A stretch of 64,000 bases of DNA from Candidatus Bathyarchaeota archaeon (lineage in GTDB: Archaea; Thermoproteota; Bathyarchaeia; Bathyarchaeales; Bathycorpusculaceae). The DNA lies in contig CAVYES010000005.1 in assembly GCA_963767735.1 (NCBI GenBank), positions 256,001 to 320,000 of the forward strand, given 5' to 3'. The translations under genes and the position numbers were made by a program. Below the pieces are notes generated by a model, which was given only the letters and a program-made list of their open reading frames with translations, was not told the DNA's origin and did not search any database. How positions within the stretch are numbered: the first letter of the stretch is position 1; each line of letters starts with the position of its first letter. Shown here in pieces: positions 40,611 through 51,055 of the stretch.

Positions 40611-41157
40611 TTCTATTCACCTATCATGTTTGTACTTGTCCTTAACAAAGGCTTCTTCGACAACACATTCAACGATATCTTTCTCGTATGTCAGTTTTTT
40701 CTTCATTCTATATCAAATATACTGTTTTAATTAGCAACTTAAGACCTATGAACCTCGAATCAATATTTGAAATTAACACTATTTTACGCAAACCTAATTA
40801 AGACACCAAAAAGAACCTGAAAAACCGTTTGAACCCCGACAAATAAGCCATGGCGAAAGAATCCAAAAAATAAACTATCATAGGCTAACGGAAACACTCA
40901 CTAAAAAAGTAAGCTCAAGTGTAAACAAAGAGCAATATCGTTAATGTGGGCTTTTCCCTTGTTCTTAGAAAATTGTAAACTGCCAATTCACCAATCACCA
41001 CACCAATAACTGTTCTGACGAGTTCCGTTAGGTGACTTAGCATAAAATTTAAAGCACGAGACATAATTAGAGAAGTTCGATATATTTCTGTTTATGAAAT
41101 AACACAATATATAAAGGGTTAACCTCATTGGTTAGCGCCAAAAAAGAGTGTTAAACG

Positions 41158-41856
41158 ATGGAGAAAGGAGAAGCTCAGATTTTCCATTCGATGCAGGTTA
41201 TTATAGCTGCGTTGAATGAGGAAGAAGGAATCGGGTTAACGATAGCTGAGCTTAGAAAGTACCTGAGAGAGATCAAAATTTTGGTGGTTGACGGCAAAAG
41301 CGCTGATCGAACTGTGGAAACTGCCAAGAATTGTGGGGCGGAAATTGTTTTTCAGGATGGCATAGTTAAAGGCGACGCGGTTGCCAAAGCTATCGAAAAT
41401 ATTGACCCGGACGTAGATTATGTGGTAATCACCGACGCTGACTATACTTACCCGGCAGAGTATATTCCAAAAATGATTCAAACATTAGAAAAGAACCCAA
41501 CGGTTGGCATGGTTTGTGGAAATAGATTTACTGCGGATTTAGATAACCGAGCCCTTCATGACGTGTTCTACTTTGGGAACCGGCTAATAGCGTTAACCCA
41601 CAATTTCTTAAACGGAGTCCCATTAGCTGACCCGCTGACCGGATTGCGTGTAGTACGTGCGGAAATTCTTAGAAAATGGAAAGTTAAATCCAAAGGTTTC
41701 GACATTGAGGTTGAACTGAATCATCGCGTGGAGGGAGAAGGTTTTGGCATCTTGGAAGTTCCCATTAAATATCGAGAAAGATTAGGTGAAAAGAAATTAG
41801 GCGTCAGAAATGGCGCAGAAATTTTTAAGCGCATAATGCTAGAAACAACTTATTAA
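41158..41856 (+). CDS. GT2 glycosyltransferase (dolichol-phosphate hexose synthase-like)
   Basis: IAALNEE, VVDG.S.D.T, DAD.TYP, GNRF, GFDIEVE, Y.ER.GEKK. Confidence 0.9.
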   Translation: MEKGEAQIFHSMQVIIAALNEEEGIGLTIAELRKYLREIKILVVDGKSADRTVETAKNCGAEIVFQDGIVKGDAVAKAIENIDPDVDYVVITDADYTYPAEYIPKMIQTLEKNPTVGMVCGNRFTADLDNRALHDVFYFGNRLIALTHNFLNGVPLADPLTGLRVVRAEILRKWKVKSKGFDIEVELNHRVEGEGFGILEVPIKYRERLGEKKLGVRNGAEIFKRIMLETTY

Positions 41857-41897
41857 ACCGTTCAGTTTACCCGTCTTCGGTTTCTCTTGTGGTGCAA

Positions 41898-42086
41898 TCA
41901 CGCTTGACTTGGCTTGATTGACGTTTGCAGGCGTTTTGTTAATTGGGTTTTGTAGCTATATTGTTGTTGCTTTGCATATCCCACAAAATTAGTGCTCCAT
42001 CCGACAATGAATACGATGATGAATATTGGTGCAGGGAAAGCGACTCTGAGTTTGTTGCGTTTTTTTCTGTTGGTTGGTTTTGTCAT
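41898..42086 (-). CDS. small single-TM hypothetical protein
   Basis: Basic N-terminus and a hydrophobic helix; TATA-like sequence upstream. Confidence 0.45.
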   Translation of the reverse strand: MTKPTNRKKRNKLRVAFPAPIFIIVFIVGWSTNFVGYAKQQQYSYKTQLTKRLQTSIKPSQA

Positions 42087-42425
42087 GGGTTGCCGTTATG
42101 ATCTTGTGGCTTAATTATTAATATAAAAGCTTTATGAATTGTCAGTAACTAAAAGGCAATAGTCGAACACTCGTACAGATTAAATTTTAAGCCCAAACCC
42201 AAACTCAAACTACTTTTAATTAATTGATTTTATTTTTTTATTAACTTGTTTTCTTATTCTTTCTCTCTTACCATCACAGAACTGTATCAACGCGTGCATC
42301 ATGTATATCACACAGCAGCACACACACAAAATGAACAAAAAAACCCATCTTTTAAGAACTTAACAGAACCTAAAACAGCAAGCTTTAATTGAAGTATCTG
42401 CCTTACGATAATCTGAGGCTTTTAG

Positions 42426-42834
42426 TTGATTATTGCTGGTTTTGATGTGTCTTTTCCAGGCATACTTTATACCATAGTAGGGCTGATTATACTTTGGATA
42501 ATTGTTTCAATTCCTGTTTGGCTTGCTGGAAAAGGCTGTAACTGGAGGAAAAGCAACTTTTGGAGATGCTTTACTGGCAACGCTTGCTGGACCAATTGTC
42601 TACTTTGTCGTTGTTTTTTTGGTGGGCTTTTTCCTTGGAACTGCGGCTTTGGTTTTCGGTTACATTTTGGCGCTTATTGCTTGGATTTGGGTTTTCAAGG
42701 CAAGTTTCCAAACAGGCTGGCTTAGAGCGATTCTGATAGCAATTCTAGCATGAGTCTTCTTTATCGTTTTAAGCATAATAATTGATGCTCTGTTCGGAAT
42801 AGCGTATCCTGCGCCGTTTTTCCCAAAAATCTAG
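42426..42834 (+). pseudogene. multi-TM membrane protein with a frameshift (near 42535) and an in-frame TGA (42751)
   Basis: Two ORFs join at WLAGK/AVTGGK; the hydrophobic frame continues past TGA to PAPFFPKI. Confidence 0.6.
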
Positions 42835-42938
42835 AAAAATCATCACTTTAGGAAACACATACTTGGTAAATTAGTTAGTCGGCAATTACGGAAAGAATTA
42901 TATTCCTGATTTTGGTGATGCTAAACTGGTGATTTGTT

Positions 42939-43226
42939 TTGGTGAGCTTTGACAAGCTTTCTGGGAAGTTTGTTATTTGTGCAGGCGGTTTTGACCTAGG
43001 AGAGGTTAATGGGGTAGATATTGACACTAACACTTGGCAAGTTACCCATTTACATGTAAAGTTGTCAAAATCAGCATCTGGGGACCTTGGATTCCAAAAA
43101 AGATTTGGAAGCTCAACTGTATGCGTGCCTATCGCATTGGTTTCTAAAGTTGGAGACAATATATTGTTAAATAAGTGTCTTGATGAATTAAGCAAAAACC
43201 CACAAATTACAGAATGCCCAGGATGA
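42939..43226 (+). CDS. PRC-barrel protein
   Basis: L.GK.V....G..LGEV..VDID...W.V..L.V; VP...V..VGD.ILL. Confidence 0.85.
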   Translation: MVSFDKLSGKFVICAGGFDLGEVNGVDIDTNTWQVTHLHVKLSKSASGDLGFQKRFGSSTVCVPIALVSKVGDNILLNKCLDELSKNPQITECPG

Positions 43227-43416
43227 TAACTAAAGATTGAACCAAATGCTTGCGGAAGGCAACCAGTAGGCGGCGGTGCCCATTGCCTAAAATGCCACAT
43301 CTATTTCTGTTTCGCATCCGTAATTAGTTTAGTCTCGCACTCTCCTTGAGCGAAATTAACTGTTGTTGTTAGCTATCAGTCACATATTCTAGTAAATTTA
43401 AACGAAATTACACGTC

Positions 43417-43677
43417 TTGAGGATGCCGCGCTTGAGCTTCGATTTAGTTAAAAAATGGACGTTTCGATATACCCGTTTCAGCGTGATTGGGACAGCGGTA
43501 TGGGTTGTAAATACTGTTCTATACTTTGCTTTGTTCAGGTTCTTCGGTGAATTAACGTGGTTTATTACTTTATTTACTGGTGTAATGGAGTTTGCGTTGA
43601 TTACTTTCTTTAATAAGACAAGTAAGGGCAATATGTTTGAAGCATCAAAAGAGAATACGTGTGAATATAATATGTAG
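43417..43677 (+). CDS. two-TM half-GtrA-like protein, paralog 1
   Basis: KKWTFRYTRFSVIG...EFALITFFNKTSKGNMFE. Confidence 0.7.
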   Translation: MRMPRLSFDLVKKWTFRYTRFSVIGTAVWVVNTVLYFALFRFFGELTWFITLFTGVMEFALITFFNKTSKGNMFEASKENTCEYNM

Positions 43678-44021
43678 TAGATATAGCGGCGTTTCTAACC
43701 GCGCGCCGCGCTTTATTTTTCTTAGCACTAATTGTAGTTAATAACTATGTGTTTCTGTGACATTGCAGTTACAAAACATTGCATGTGCGCTTAATTTAGG
43801 GACAACCACGCGCTTACGGTTTTGTCCAGTATTATGTTTAAACATTAACAAAGCTGAGCTTCCGACAATGCCAATCCACAGCACTTGAAAGCGAAAAAAC
43901 TACTCTATGTATGAACTAAAACTAGGAATTTAAAACGCAGCTACAGAACCCAGCACTTATACTATTCATTAAAAAAAGTTTAGTCAAAAAAAATAAAAAA
44001 ATGGGTTAAACCGCGCTTTTT

Positions 44022-44300
44022 TTACTGACACTCTCGTAAAGTCTTTATTTGTTCGAGAGGGACATTCAAGTTGATTACGTGACCATATGCTTGTACAAGG
44101 TTCAATGGAATGCAAATGTACACGTTCCCCATCATAGGCTTTTTGAATCTCAGTTCTTTTGCCGCTTCCTTCGTCAAGTCAACACGTAGATGTGTTATTG
44201 CTCCCTTGTCAACATCAAATTCGATTCCGTCGATTTCACCAAGTGCGTAAGCATCAGTGGTCACAACGCTTTTCCCGTATAAATCTTTCAAATTTGTCAA
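44022..44300 (-). CDS. PRC-barrel protein
   Basis: L.GK.VVT.D...LGEI..IE.D.....I..L.V; IP...V...G..I.L. Confidence 0.85.
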   Translation of the reverse strand: MTNLKDLYGKSVVTTDAYALGEIDGIEFDVDKGAITHLRVDLTKEAAKELRFKKPMMGNVYICIPLNLVQAYGHVINLNVPLEQIKTLRECQ

Positions 44301-44409
44301 AAAATTAAACCTCCGTACTAGAAAGAAACTTATTCTAGCAATAAAAGTTTTCGGATATTCTCATGGGCAAACTTTGAGCTCGCAATATGTCGGTGAGGCT
44401 TTTTATTTA

Positions 44410-44616
44410 TCAATGTTGAGGCAGTATTTTCTCGAATATAAACCATCCGAGAAGGCTTAAGCCTACGAATGATCCTGCTCCCAAAAGAGCGGCTACTCCT
44501 AAATTGTTATGGTATGTACTTACCAAAACAACAGCAACAATAACTACAAAAACAAAGTATCCAATTTCAGATATTCTTATCCAATGATTCGAAGACAATC
44601 CACCAGCCTCCAACAT
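44410..44616 (-). CDS. small two-TM membrane protein
   Basis: Two hydrophobic helices; upstream TATA-like ATTAATAA. Confidence 0.5.
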   Translation of the reverse strand: MLEAGGLSSNHWIRISEIGYFVFVVIVAVVLVSTYHNNLGVAALLGAGSFVGLSLLGWFIFEKILPQH

Positions 44617-44933
44617 ACTAAGTTAAGTTGACATGATGTTTATTAATTTAGCCATGAAAAAATTCCCAAAAATTTTGTGCTTTTTCGTGATTTTTTCTAA
44701 CTAACTCTACCTTGACTTAAGATATATAGAAGAGAAAACCACCTAAAAGTTTATAGCTAGATTAGAACAATAATAACATAGTGACCAAAAATGAGTAAAG
44801 AATTAAGTAATAAGAAATTACTAAGCCCCTAAGGCTGGAACAGCGACATCATCTCCTCATTCTTAAAACTGCATCCCCGTTTAATATGAACATTATCAAC
44901 ATACACTGGAACAAGTTTTTGAGTGTGATAAAC

Positions 44934-45195
44934 ATGGGTAAGCCATCTGAGAAGAGTTTTGAAGAAAGAGCAAACAAGTGGATTATACGCTTCATCAAAT
45001 TCAATATTGTTTGGATTCATCGTTTTTCTAATCGGAACCGCCGTCTTCGCGTTTGCTTTCAGCACTTTTGGCGAGTGGACTTGGTTAGTAGCCAGCGGAA
45101 CCGGAGGCATATTGCAGTTTTCCTTAATCAGCTACTTAAACACAACAAAGAGAGGAAAAATATTCGACAGCTGCGAGCAGAGAAGAGTAGACTAA
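44934..45195 (+). CDS. two-TM half-GtrA-like protein, paralog 2 (frameshift near 45011)
   Basis: KWIIRFIKFNIV joins GFIVFLIG...QFSLISYLNTTKRGKIFDSC when one T is removed. Confidence 0.7.
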
Positions 45196-45356
45196 ATTCT
45201 GATATTTATTCTTGATAAACTGATTGACGATTGGAAAGGACCGATTAGATAAACCATAGGTGAGAGGCATACTCGCGCTATAAAAACGATATTAATGCTG
45301 ATTTAGTTAAATCTGGGTGTCTGGTAAGTGTTCGTTACAAGAGAGATAATTATTTG

Positions 45357-45623
45357 TTATTTGGACACTCCTGTTGATTTACTATCGTGTGGAGTGCAGC
45401 TGTCAAATATTACGCCTTTCTTAGTCTTGTTAAAGTAACTGATTAATGCAAACTCGATAATTCCACCATTCACGCTAACGACAATATAGGATACTTCTCC
45501 TAAAAAAGGGAAGAGAAATACATAATAAAGAACGATGTTTAGTAAGAAAACGGTTAAGCCTATGACGTTGTATTTTATGTAACGCCAAGTCCATTTTTTG
45601 AATATGTCTTTGAGTTTGCTCAT
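45357..45623 (-). CDS. two-TM half-GtrA-like protein, paralog 3
   Basis: KKWTWRYIKYNVIG...EFALISYFNKTKKGVIFDSC. Confidence 0.75.
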   Translation of the reverse strand: MSKLKDIFKKWTWRYIKYNVIGLTVFLLNIVLYYVFLFPFLGEVSYIVVSVNGGIIEFALISYFNKTKKGVIFDSCTPHDSKSTGVSK

Positions 45624-45824
45624 TCCGTTTTCTCTTCTCCTATCGCGAATTAAGCGTTAATATTATGATACGGGTTCCCTCATCGAGAGTTTTGCCATAA
45701 AGCTCGTCACAACTTAAGATTTTGCCCAATAAATGAGCTTTCAGAAATCAGAATATGAATTAATAATGTTCTTTTTTATTTAAATCCTAAATTCGGATAT
45801 CTATTTTACTAAACTGACTGAAAA

Positions 45825-46043
45825 ATGAAAGGCAGAGTCTCGAAGGATTTTCTTGAAACATGCTTTTCCATCTCGAGTTTCAAAGCGATTGGGGTTCAGA
45901 GGCGCGAGAATGATTTTGAAGGCAACAAAACACAATACAGCGATTTTAAAAACTACTGCAAAGAATACGACTTTCAATTATGTGTAATTGGCAAAAACGG
46001 AAAACCAAACCCAATCGACCCAGAAACATTAACAAAAAAATAA
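45825..46043 (+). CDS. small hypothetical protein
   Basis: 72-aa ORF, no recognised motif. Confidence 0.4.
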   Translation: MKGRVSKDFLETCFSISSFKAIGVQRRENDFEGNKTQYSDFKNYCKEYDFQLCVIGKNGKPNPIDPETLTKK

Positions 46044-46079
46044 AACAGTGAAAAAAGAGAAACAGATTTACGGAAATTT

Positions 46080-46268
46080 TTAAACAACGTATTGGATGGG
46101 CGCGACGAAAAACTGCGTGTTTTCCACAAGTTCCTTTTGGGCGTGGTCAAAAAGCCATTGTGAGAGCTTTTGGCATCCGCTGGGATTACAGGAGAAACTT
46201 TTTGCCTTTGCATCCCACTTCTTGCAGGCAGAACAGGGAATTTCTGAATTGCTACCTATCGCAACCAT
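46080..46268 (-). CDS. small Cys-rich (probable Zn-binding) protein
   Basis: CxxC-x11-C-x4-C motif; TATA-like sequence upstream. Confidence 0.6.
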   Translation of the reverse strand: MVAIGSNSEIPCSACKKWDAKAKSFSCNPSGCQKLSQWLFDHAQKELVENTQFFVAPIQYVV

Positions 46269-46467
46269 GAATACATAGCAGGGATAAAATTGATTTATCA
46301 GTTATGAAGCAGCAATTAAGAGTACTTATACAGCTTAAAACTCAACTAAACCCAAAAACCTAAGCCTACCTCGCTCGCAAGCAAAGGCCGTGATATCAGC
46401 CCTCAGATCAAAATCATCAATAACCGAAACTTTTTTTTGTAACTATAGTGCCTCTTTGAGTTTTCCT

Positions 46468-46562
46468 TTCCATTTTGAACTGCCATCGGATCAACTTTGG
46501 AACCTAAGTATTGTTGTTTTTCTCAGGTTTCATTGAAAAATTACTTTTCCAGTAATTGGCTT
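46468..46562 (-). pseudogene. truncated relic of the tandem-AbrB gene found at 61911
   Basis: Reads (K)PITGKVIF...VPKLIRWQFKME versus MPLTEKVSF...IPKLIRWRFKME; lost start, 1-bp deletion, TAG. Confidence 0.85.
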
Positions 46563-46579
46563 GTGGAATACCTTGCCGC

Positions 46580-46864
46580 GTCTCATTTTCTTTACCTTCT
46601 TTACTCAACCGCAACAAATCAAACTCTAAGCCAAGAAAGTTACCAAGACAGCGTGTCAAAAAATGGCAACGCATCTGCTATTATTCTTTCAGGAAAGAAC
46701 AAAGTGGGCTCTACAGCGATGCTTTTGATTTTCTTGACTTTTCTTGACGTTTACCAACTTTTTTTTGACTTATTTCGACTTTTATCGACTTTTATTGACT
46801 CAACCTGCAAAAATTTCAGGCTTTGGTTCAAAAAACCAACCCAAAACAACAAGAACAAAAATTA
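46580..46864 (-). repeat. second copy of the leader plus 10-bp-phased array element (two units)
   Basis: Reverse complement of 46829-46864 is 34/36 identical to 61733-61768; GAC array at 46721-46800. Confidence 0.85.
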
Positions 46865-46940
46865 TCCGATTTTGCTTTTCTCACTCGAACGGTTTAATAA
46901 AAACGCGCACAGTAAATAATTGTAACAGGAGATTCAATTT

Positions 46941-49013
46941 TTGCATTCACAACAAAAAAATAAACCAAACAGGCTGGTTAACGAAAAAAGCCCTTATCTT
47001 CTTCAGCACGCTTACAACCCCGTTGACTGGTTTCCTTGGGGTCAAGAGGCCCTCGATAAAGCGAAAGCTGAAGACAAACCAATTTTCCTCAGCATCGGCT
47101 ACGCCAGCTGCCACTGGTGTCACGTCATGGAAGAGGAATGCTTCAGCGACCAGCAAGTAGCAGACCTGCTCAACCAATCGTTTGTCTGCATTAAAGTTGA
47201 CCGCGAAGAACGTCCCGACTTAGACGCCGCCTACATGGCTGTTTGTCAAGCTATGGGCAGAAACTGCGGCTGGCCACTCAACATACTCATAACACCCAAG
47301 CTTAACCCGTTTTTCGCCGCAAGCTACATACCAAAATACAGCGGACGAGGCTTAACGGGTATGTTGGATCTTGTTCCTCAAGTCATGCAAATATGGAAAC
47401 TGCAACGTCCACAACTAGAAATTGTTGGAGTAGACATCAAAAGCCGCATAGAAGCAATGGAAAAAAGAACCCCTCAGAAAGAACTTGGTAAAGAAACTCT
47501 GCAAGACGCCTACGACCGCTTAACACTTGACTTTGACAGGGAAAACGGAGGTTTTGGCACGGCACCCAAATTTCCAAGACCCCACACGCTCCTTTTCCTA
47601 TTACATTATTATGCGAAAACAGACCAAAAAAACGCCCTTTTTATGGTTGAAAAAACGCTAACGCAAATGCGCCTAGGAGGCATATTCGACCAGTTAGGCT
47701 TCGGCTTCCACCGCTACAGCACCGACGAAAAATGGTTAGTTCCTCACTTTGAAAAAATGCTCTACGATCAAGCACTAATCGCAATAGCTTACATGGAAGC
47801 TTTTCAGGCAACAGGCGCCAAACGCTATGCACTCGCCTGTAAAGAAACCCTGGATTACACCCTCCGAGATTTAGCGGCTCCCCAAGGAGGATTTTACTCG
47901 GCGCAGGATGCCGATACAGAAGGCGAAGAAGGCAAATTCTACCTTTGGACCATGGACGAAGTGCTCGACACGTTGCCTCCTGCCGACGCTGAATTGGCCG
48001 TCCACATTTACGGGCTAAAACCAGAAGGCAACTTTATTGATCCTTCCGGACGGTCCAACGGCAAAAATATCCTCAAAATCGCCGAACCCTTAGAGGAGCT
48101 TGCACCATACATGGGTTTAACACTGCAAGAACTCATCGACCGCCTGCACACCATAAGAGAAGCGCTTTTCGAGGCAAGAAAAAAACGGGTGCCTCCAGCA
48201 ATAGATGATAAAGTGTTAACTGACTGGAACGGCTTAATGATTGCTGCTCTGGCAAAAGCGGGCAGGGTTCCAAACGAAGCAAAGTACATTGAAGCCGCAG
48301 AGAAAACTGCTGACTTCATCCTGAACCAAATGCTAAAAGATGGCATGCTCTATCACCGCTACACAAAAGGTGAAACAGCCGTGGAAGGCTTCCTAGACGA
48401 CTACGCCTTCTTTGTATATGGGCTAATCGAGCTCTACGAGGCAACCTTCGAAGACAAATACGTCACAGCTGCATCCGCTTTAACCAAGACCATGCTGGCT
48501 AAATTTTGGGATGAAAAAAACGGCGGATTCTTCCAAACGCAAAACAGTGAAGCTGCCATGCCAAAAATAAAGCAACTATACGACGGCGCAACTCCATCAG
48601 GTAACTCAGTTGCGTTACATGACCTGCTATGGCTGAGCCGCTTAACAGATGAACCCACATATAACACCGTGGCAATTCAAATAAGTAAAACATTCGCGCA
48701 AGAAGTCGAGGGTGCTCCTGAAGCGTACACGTTCTTTCTTTCTGCAACGAACTTTCTGATAGCCTCCTACAGCGTGATCTTAGTCGGCGATTTAAAGGAA
48801 AAAGATACACAAGAAATCCTAAATGTACTGAGGAAGAACTACCTGCCAACCACAGTTATATCGCTTAAATATCCAAGCGAAACAGGCTTAGGCTACCAGC
48901 AAATCGAAGGAAAAGCAACCGCCTACGTATGCCAAGACCAAACATGTCTCCCACCCACCAACAGTCTAATGCAAGTTCTAGAACAACTCGGAGTGAAAGG
49001 AGAAAAACGTTAA
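46941..49013 (+). CDS. YyaL/SSP411 thioredoxin-domain protein
   Basis: [49 protein letters not shown]. Confidence 0.95.
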   Translation: MHSQQKNKPNRLVNEKSPYLLQHAYNPVDWFPWGQEALDKAKAEDKPIFLSIGYASCHWCHVMEEECFSDQQVADLLNQSFVCIKVDREERPDLDAAYMAVCQAMGRNCGWPLNILITPKLNPFFAASYIPKYSGRGLTGMLDLVPQVMQIWKLQRPQLEIVGVDIKSRIEAMEKRTPQKELGKETLQDAYDRLTLDFDRENGGFGTAPKFPRPHTLLFLLHYYAKTDQKNALFMVEKTLTQMRLGGIFDQLGFGFHRYSTDEKWLVPHFEKMLYDQALIAIAYMEAFQATGAKRYALACKETLDYTLRDLAAPQGGFYSAQDADTEGEEGKFYLWTMDEVLDTLPPADAELAVHIYGLKPEGNFIDPSGRSNGKNILKIAEPLEELAPYMGLTLQELIDRLHTIREALFEARKKRVPPAIDDKVLTDWNGLMIAALAKAGRVPNEAKYIEAAEKTADFILNQMLKDGMLYHRYTKGETAVEGFLDDYAFFVYGLIELYEATFEDKYVTAASALTKTMLAKFWDEKNGGFFQTQNSEAAMPKIKQLYDGATPSGNSVALHDLLWLSRLTDEPTYNTVAIQISKTFAQEVEGAPEAYTFFLSATNFLIASYSVILVGDLKEKDTQEILNVLRKNYLPTTVISLKYPSETGLGYQQIEGKATAYVCQDQTCLPPTNSLMQVLEQLGVKGEKR

Positions 49014-49116
49014 ATTTTTGCGTACAAACCTAAAGGAAAAAAATTAAATCAAAAACAGGAATTGTTTATATATTACCGCTTGGTTGTTGAAACATAGTTG
49101 TATTTGGAAATGGAAG

Positions 49117-49416
49117 ATGATTAAAATGCAAACATGTCCCTATTGTGGCGCGACCGTTCCTGAGGGCGCAATTGCTTGTGGTAAATGCGGCGCTTCGTTA
49201 GTTTCCTCGCAGCCTCAAACGTCTACAACATTTCAGTCACAAAGCAATTCATCTGATCAATCTTCAGGTTCTAGTTCCACTTCGTGGTCAGGCGGAAATT
49301 ATGATTCGGAATTGTCAACTCGGCTTCAAAAAGCCATGAGAAGAAACGAGTTATTGAGCTACGCGATTGTTGCTTTAATAATAGTTCTGTTCGTTTTGTT
49401 ATTGACCGGGTTATAA
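49117..49416 (+). CDS. zinc-ribbon protein with Ser-rich linker and C-terminal TM anchor
   Basis: CPYCG...CGKCG; hydrophobic C-terminus. Confidence 0.8.
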   Translation: MIKMQTCPYCGATVPEGAIACGKCGASLVSSQPQTSTTFQSQSNSSDQSSGSSSTSWSGGNYDSELSTRLQKAMRRNELLSYAIVALIIVLFVLLLTGL

Positions 49417-49453
49417 AGAATTGAAAACTACTGATTAGATGGAGAAATCAAAA

Positions 49454-49558
49454 ATGGAAAATTCCTTAGAAAATACGGTTAAAAGATTAGAAACGACAAA
49501 TAAGATACTCATCGTCGCAGTAGTTATCTTAGTTGTACTTATCGTTCTAATCATATAG
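49454..49558 (+). CDS. 34-aa tail-anchored microprotein
   Basis: GGAG upstream; MENSLENTVKRLETTNKILIVAVVILVVLIVLII. Confidence 0.55.
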   Translation: MENSLENTVKRLETTNKILIVAVVILVVLIVLII

Positions 49559-49645
49559 CCAGCCGCCGCATGTAAAAAAACATCGGAACGCTGCAGAAAG
49601 CTAGCCAGCAAGCTTTCTTTTAATTTAACTTTAGTCAGCTTAAAT

Positions 49646-51053
49646 CTAAATCTTGTCTAAGTTGAATTCTTCGTGGATTGCTCGAACTACAGCTGTGCCG
49701 TCTTTTTCTTTGACAACGAATGAAATGTTTAGTTCTGAGCTGCCTTGTGCGATCATACGTATGTTTATCCCTTTTTTTGCGACCGTAGTGAAGATTTTGG
49801 AGGCTACTCCTAAGGTTCCTTTCATGTTGGCTCCCATTACAGCTATTACGGCAACGTCGTCTTCTGCTGTAACTTCGCTGACTAAACCGCCTCTGTCCAG
49901 CAAAGCAATTTCAAGGTTACTAATAGCTCGGCCTAAAAGTCCTCGGCGAATAATCATTGAGATGTTCGCTTCCGAAACCGCGGTGGAAATCATCATGACG
50001 TTAATGTTGTTTTTGCCCAGTACATCAAAGACTCTAGCGTAGCTGCCGGGGGCTCCTACCATTCCTGCGCCGTTAACGTTCAGCATGGCTACGTCTTTTA
50101 TAATTGCCACGGCTTTAACGACTTCCTTTGAATTTCCATCTGGTTCTTTTGTTATCAGTGTCCCTTGGTTTTCGGGGTGGAAAATGCTGCGTATTCTCAC
50201 AGGAATGCCTTCTTTTATTACTGGTTCAAGAGCGCGAGGGTGCATGGCTTTGGCGCCGAAAATCGCCATTTCAGCCGCTTCCTGATAGCTGAGCTGGGGA
50301 AGCATTTTGGCTAACGGAACAATTTTTGGGTCAGTAGTCATTATGCCATCGACGTCGGTCCATATCCAGACTTCATCAGCACCTAAACCAACCCCTAAAA
50401 TAGTGGCGGTATAATCTGAGCCACCCCGCCCAACGGTGGTGACAATGCCATCTTGATTTGCTGCAATAAATCCAGTTACAACGGGGATAACGTTTTTTTC
50501 CAGCAGTGGTACAAGACGTTCTCGGATGAGATGAGTGGTGATAATTCATCAGTGGATCGGCTTCACCGAAGTTGGAGTCGGTGACAATCCCTGCTTCTTT
50601 GCCTGTGAACCATTGAGCCTCAAACCCTTTGTCTTTTATGGCACCCCAAACAATAGGCGCAGATAATCGCTCGCCAAAAGAAACCACATAATCTTTAGAT
50701 TTTGGAGTGAGTTCGCCAACATAGCAGATGCCTGTTAAAACTTTCTCCAGTTCAGCAATTGTTTTCTCAATGGTCTCAGTAACTTCTTTTTGCAACTGTT
50801 TGCTGTTAATTGCGGTTGAGATTGTCTCTAAATGTTTGTTCAGTAATTCTTTGGTAAAGGTTTGGATGTGTTTTTCGTCGCTTTTTTTGGCCAGTTCAGC
50901 AACTTCAATTAGGCTATTGGTTACACCTGCTAGAGCTGAAACAACCACGGTAACGTTGTCTTTTTGAGCGTTTTTGATGACCAGGTCGGCTACATGACGT
51001 ATGTTTTCGCTCGTACCAACACTGGTGCCGCCGAACTTCATCACGATTTTCAT
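49646..51053 (-). CDS. lysC: aspartate kinase, frameshift near 50541
   Basis: KFGGTSV, SFGERLS; VVTGFI..GRGGSDYTA and two ACT domains in the second frame. Confidence 0.9.
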
Positions 51054-51055
51054 TT

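Noticed and set aside
40150-40880. Weak inverted similarity of T-rich segments near 40150 and 40870, and resemblance to the array leader
   Set aside because: Low complexity; no GGTTG anchor or 10-bp array
43756-43773. TGTGAC-N6-GTTACA palindrome as a third arginine operator
   Set aside because: Lies between converging gene ends with no adjacent TATA at the expected spacing; kept only as a caveat
46497-47160. ORFs 46497-46919, 46556-46747 and 46744-47160
   Set aside because: They cross the non-coding repeat element and the antisense AbrB relic
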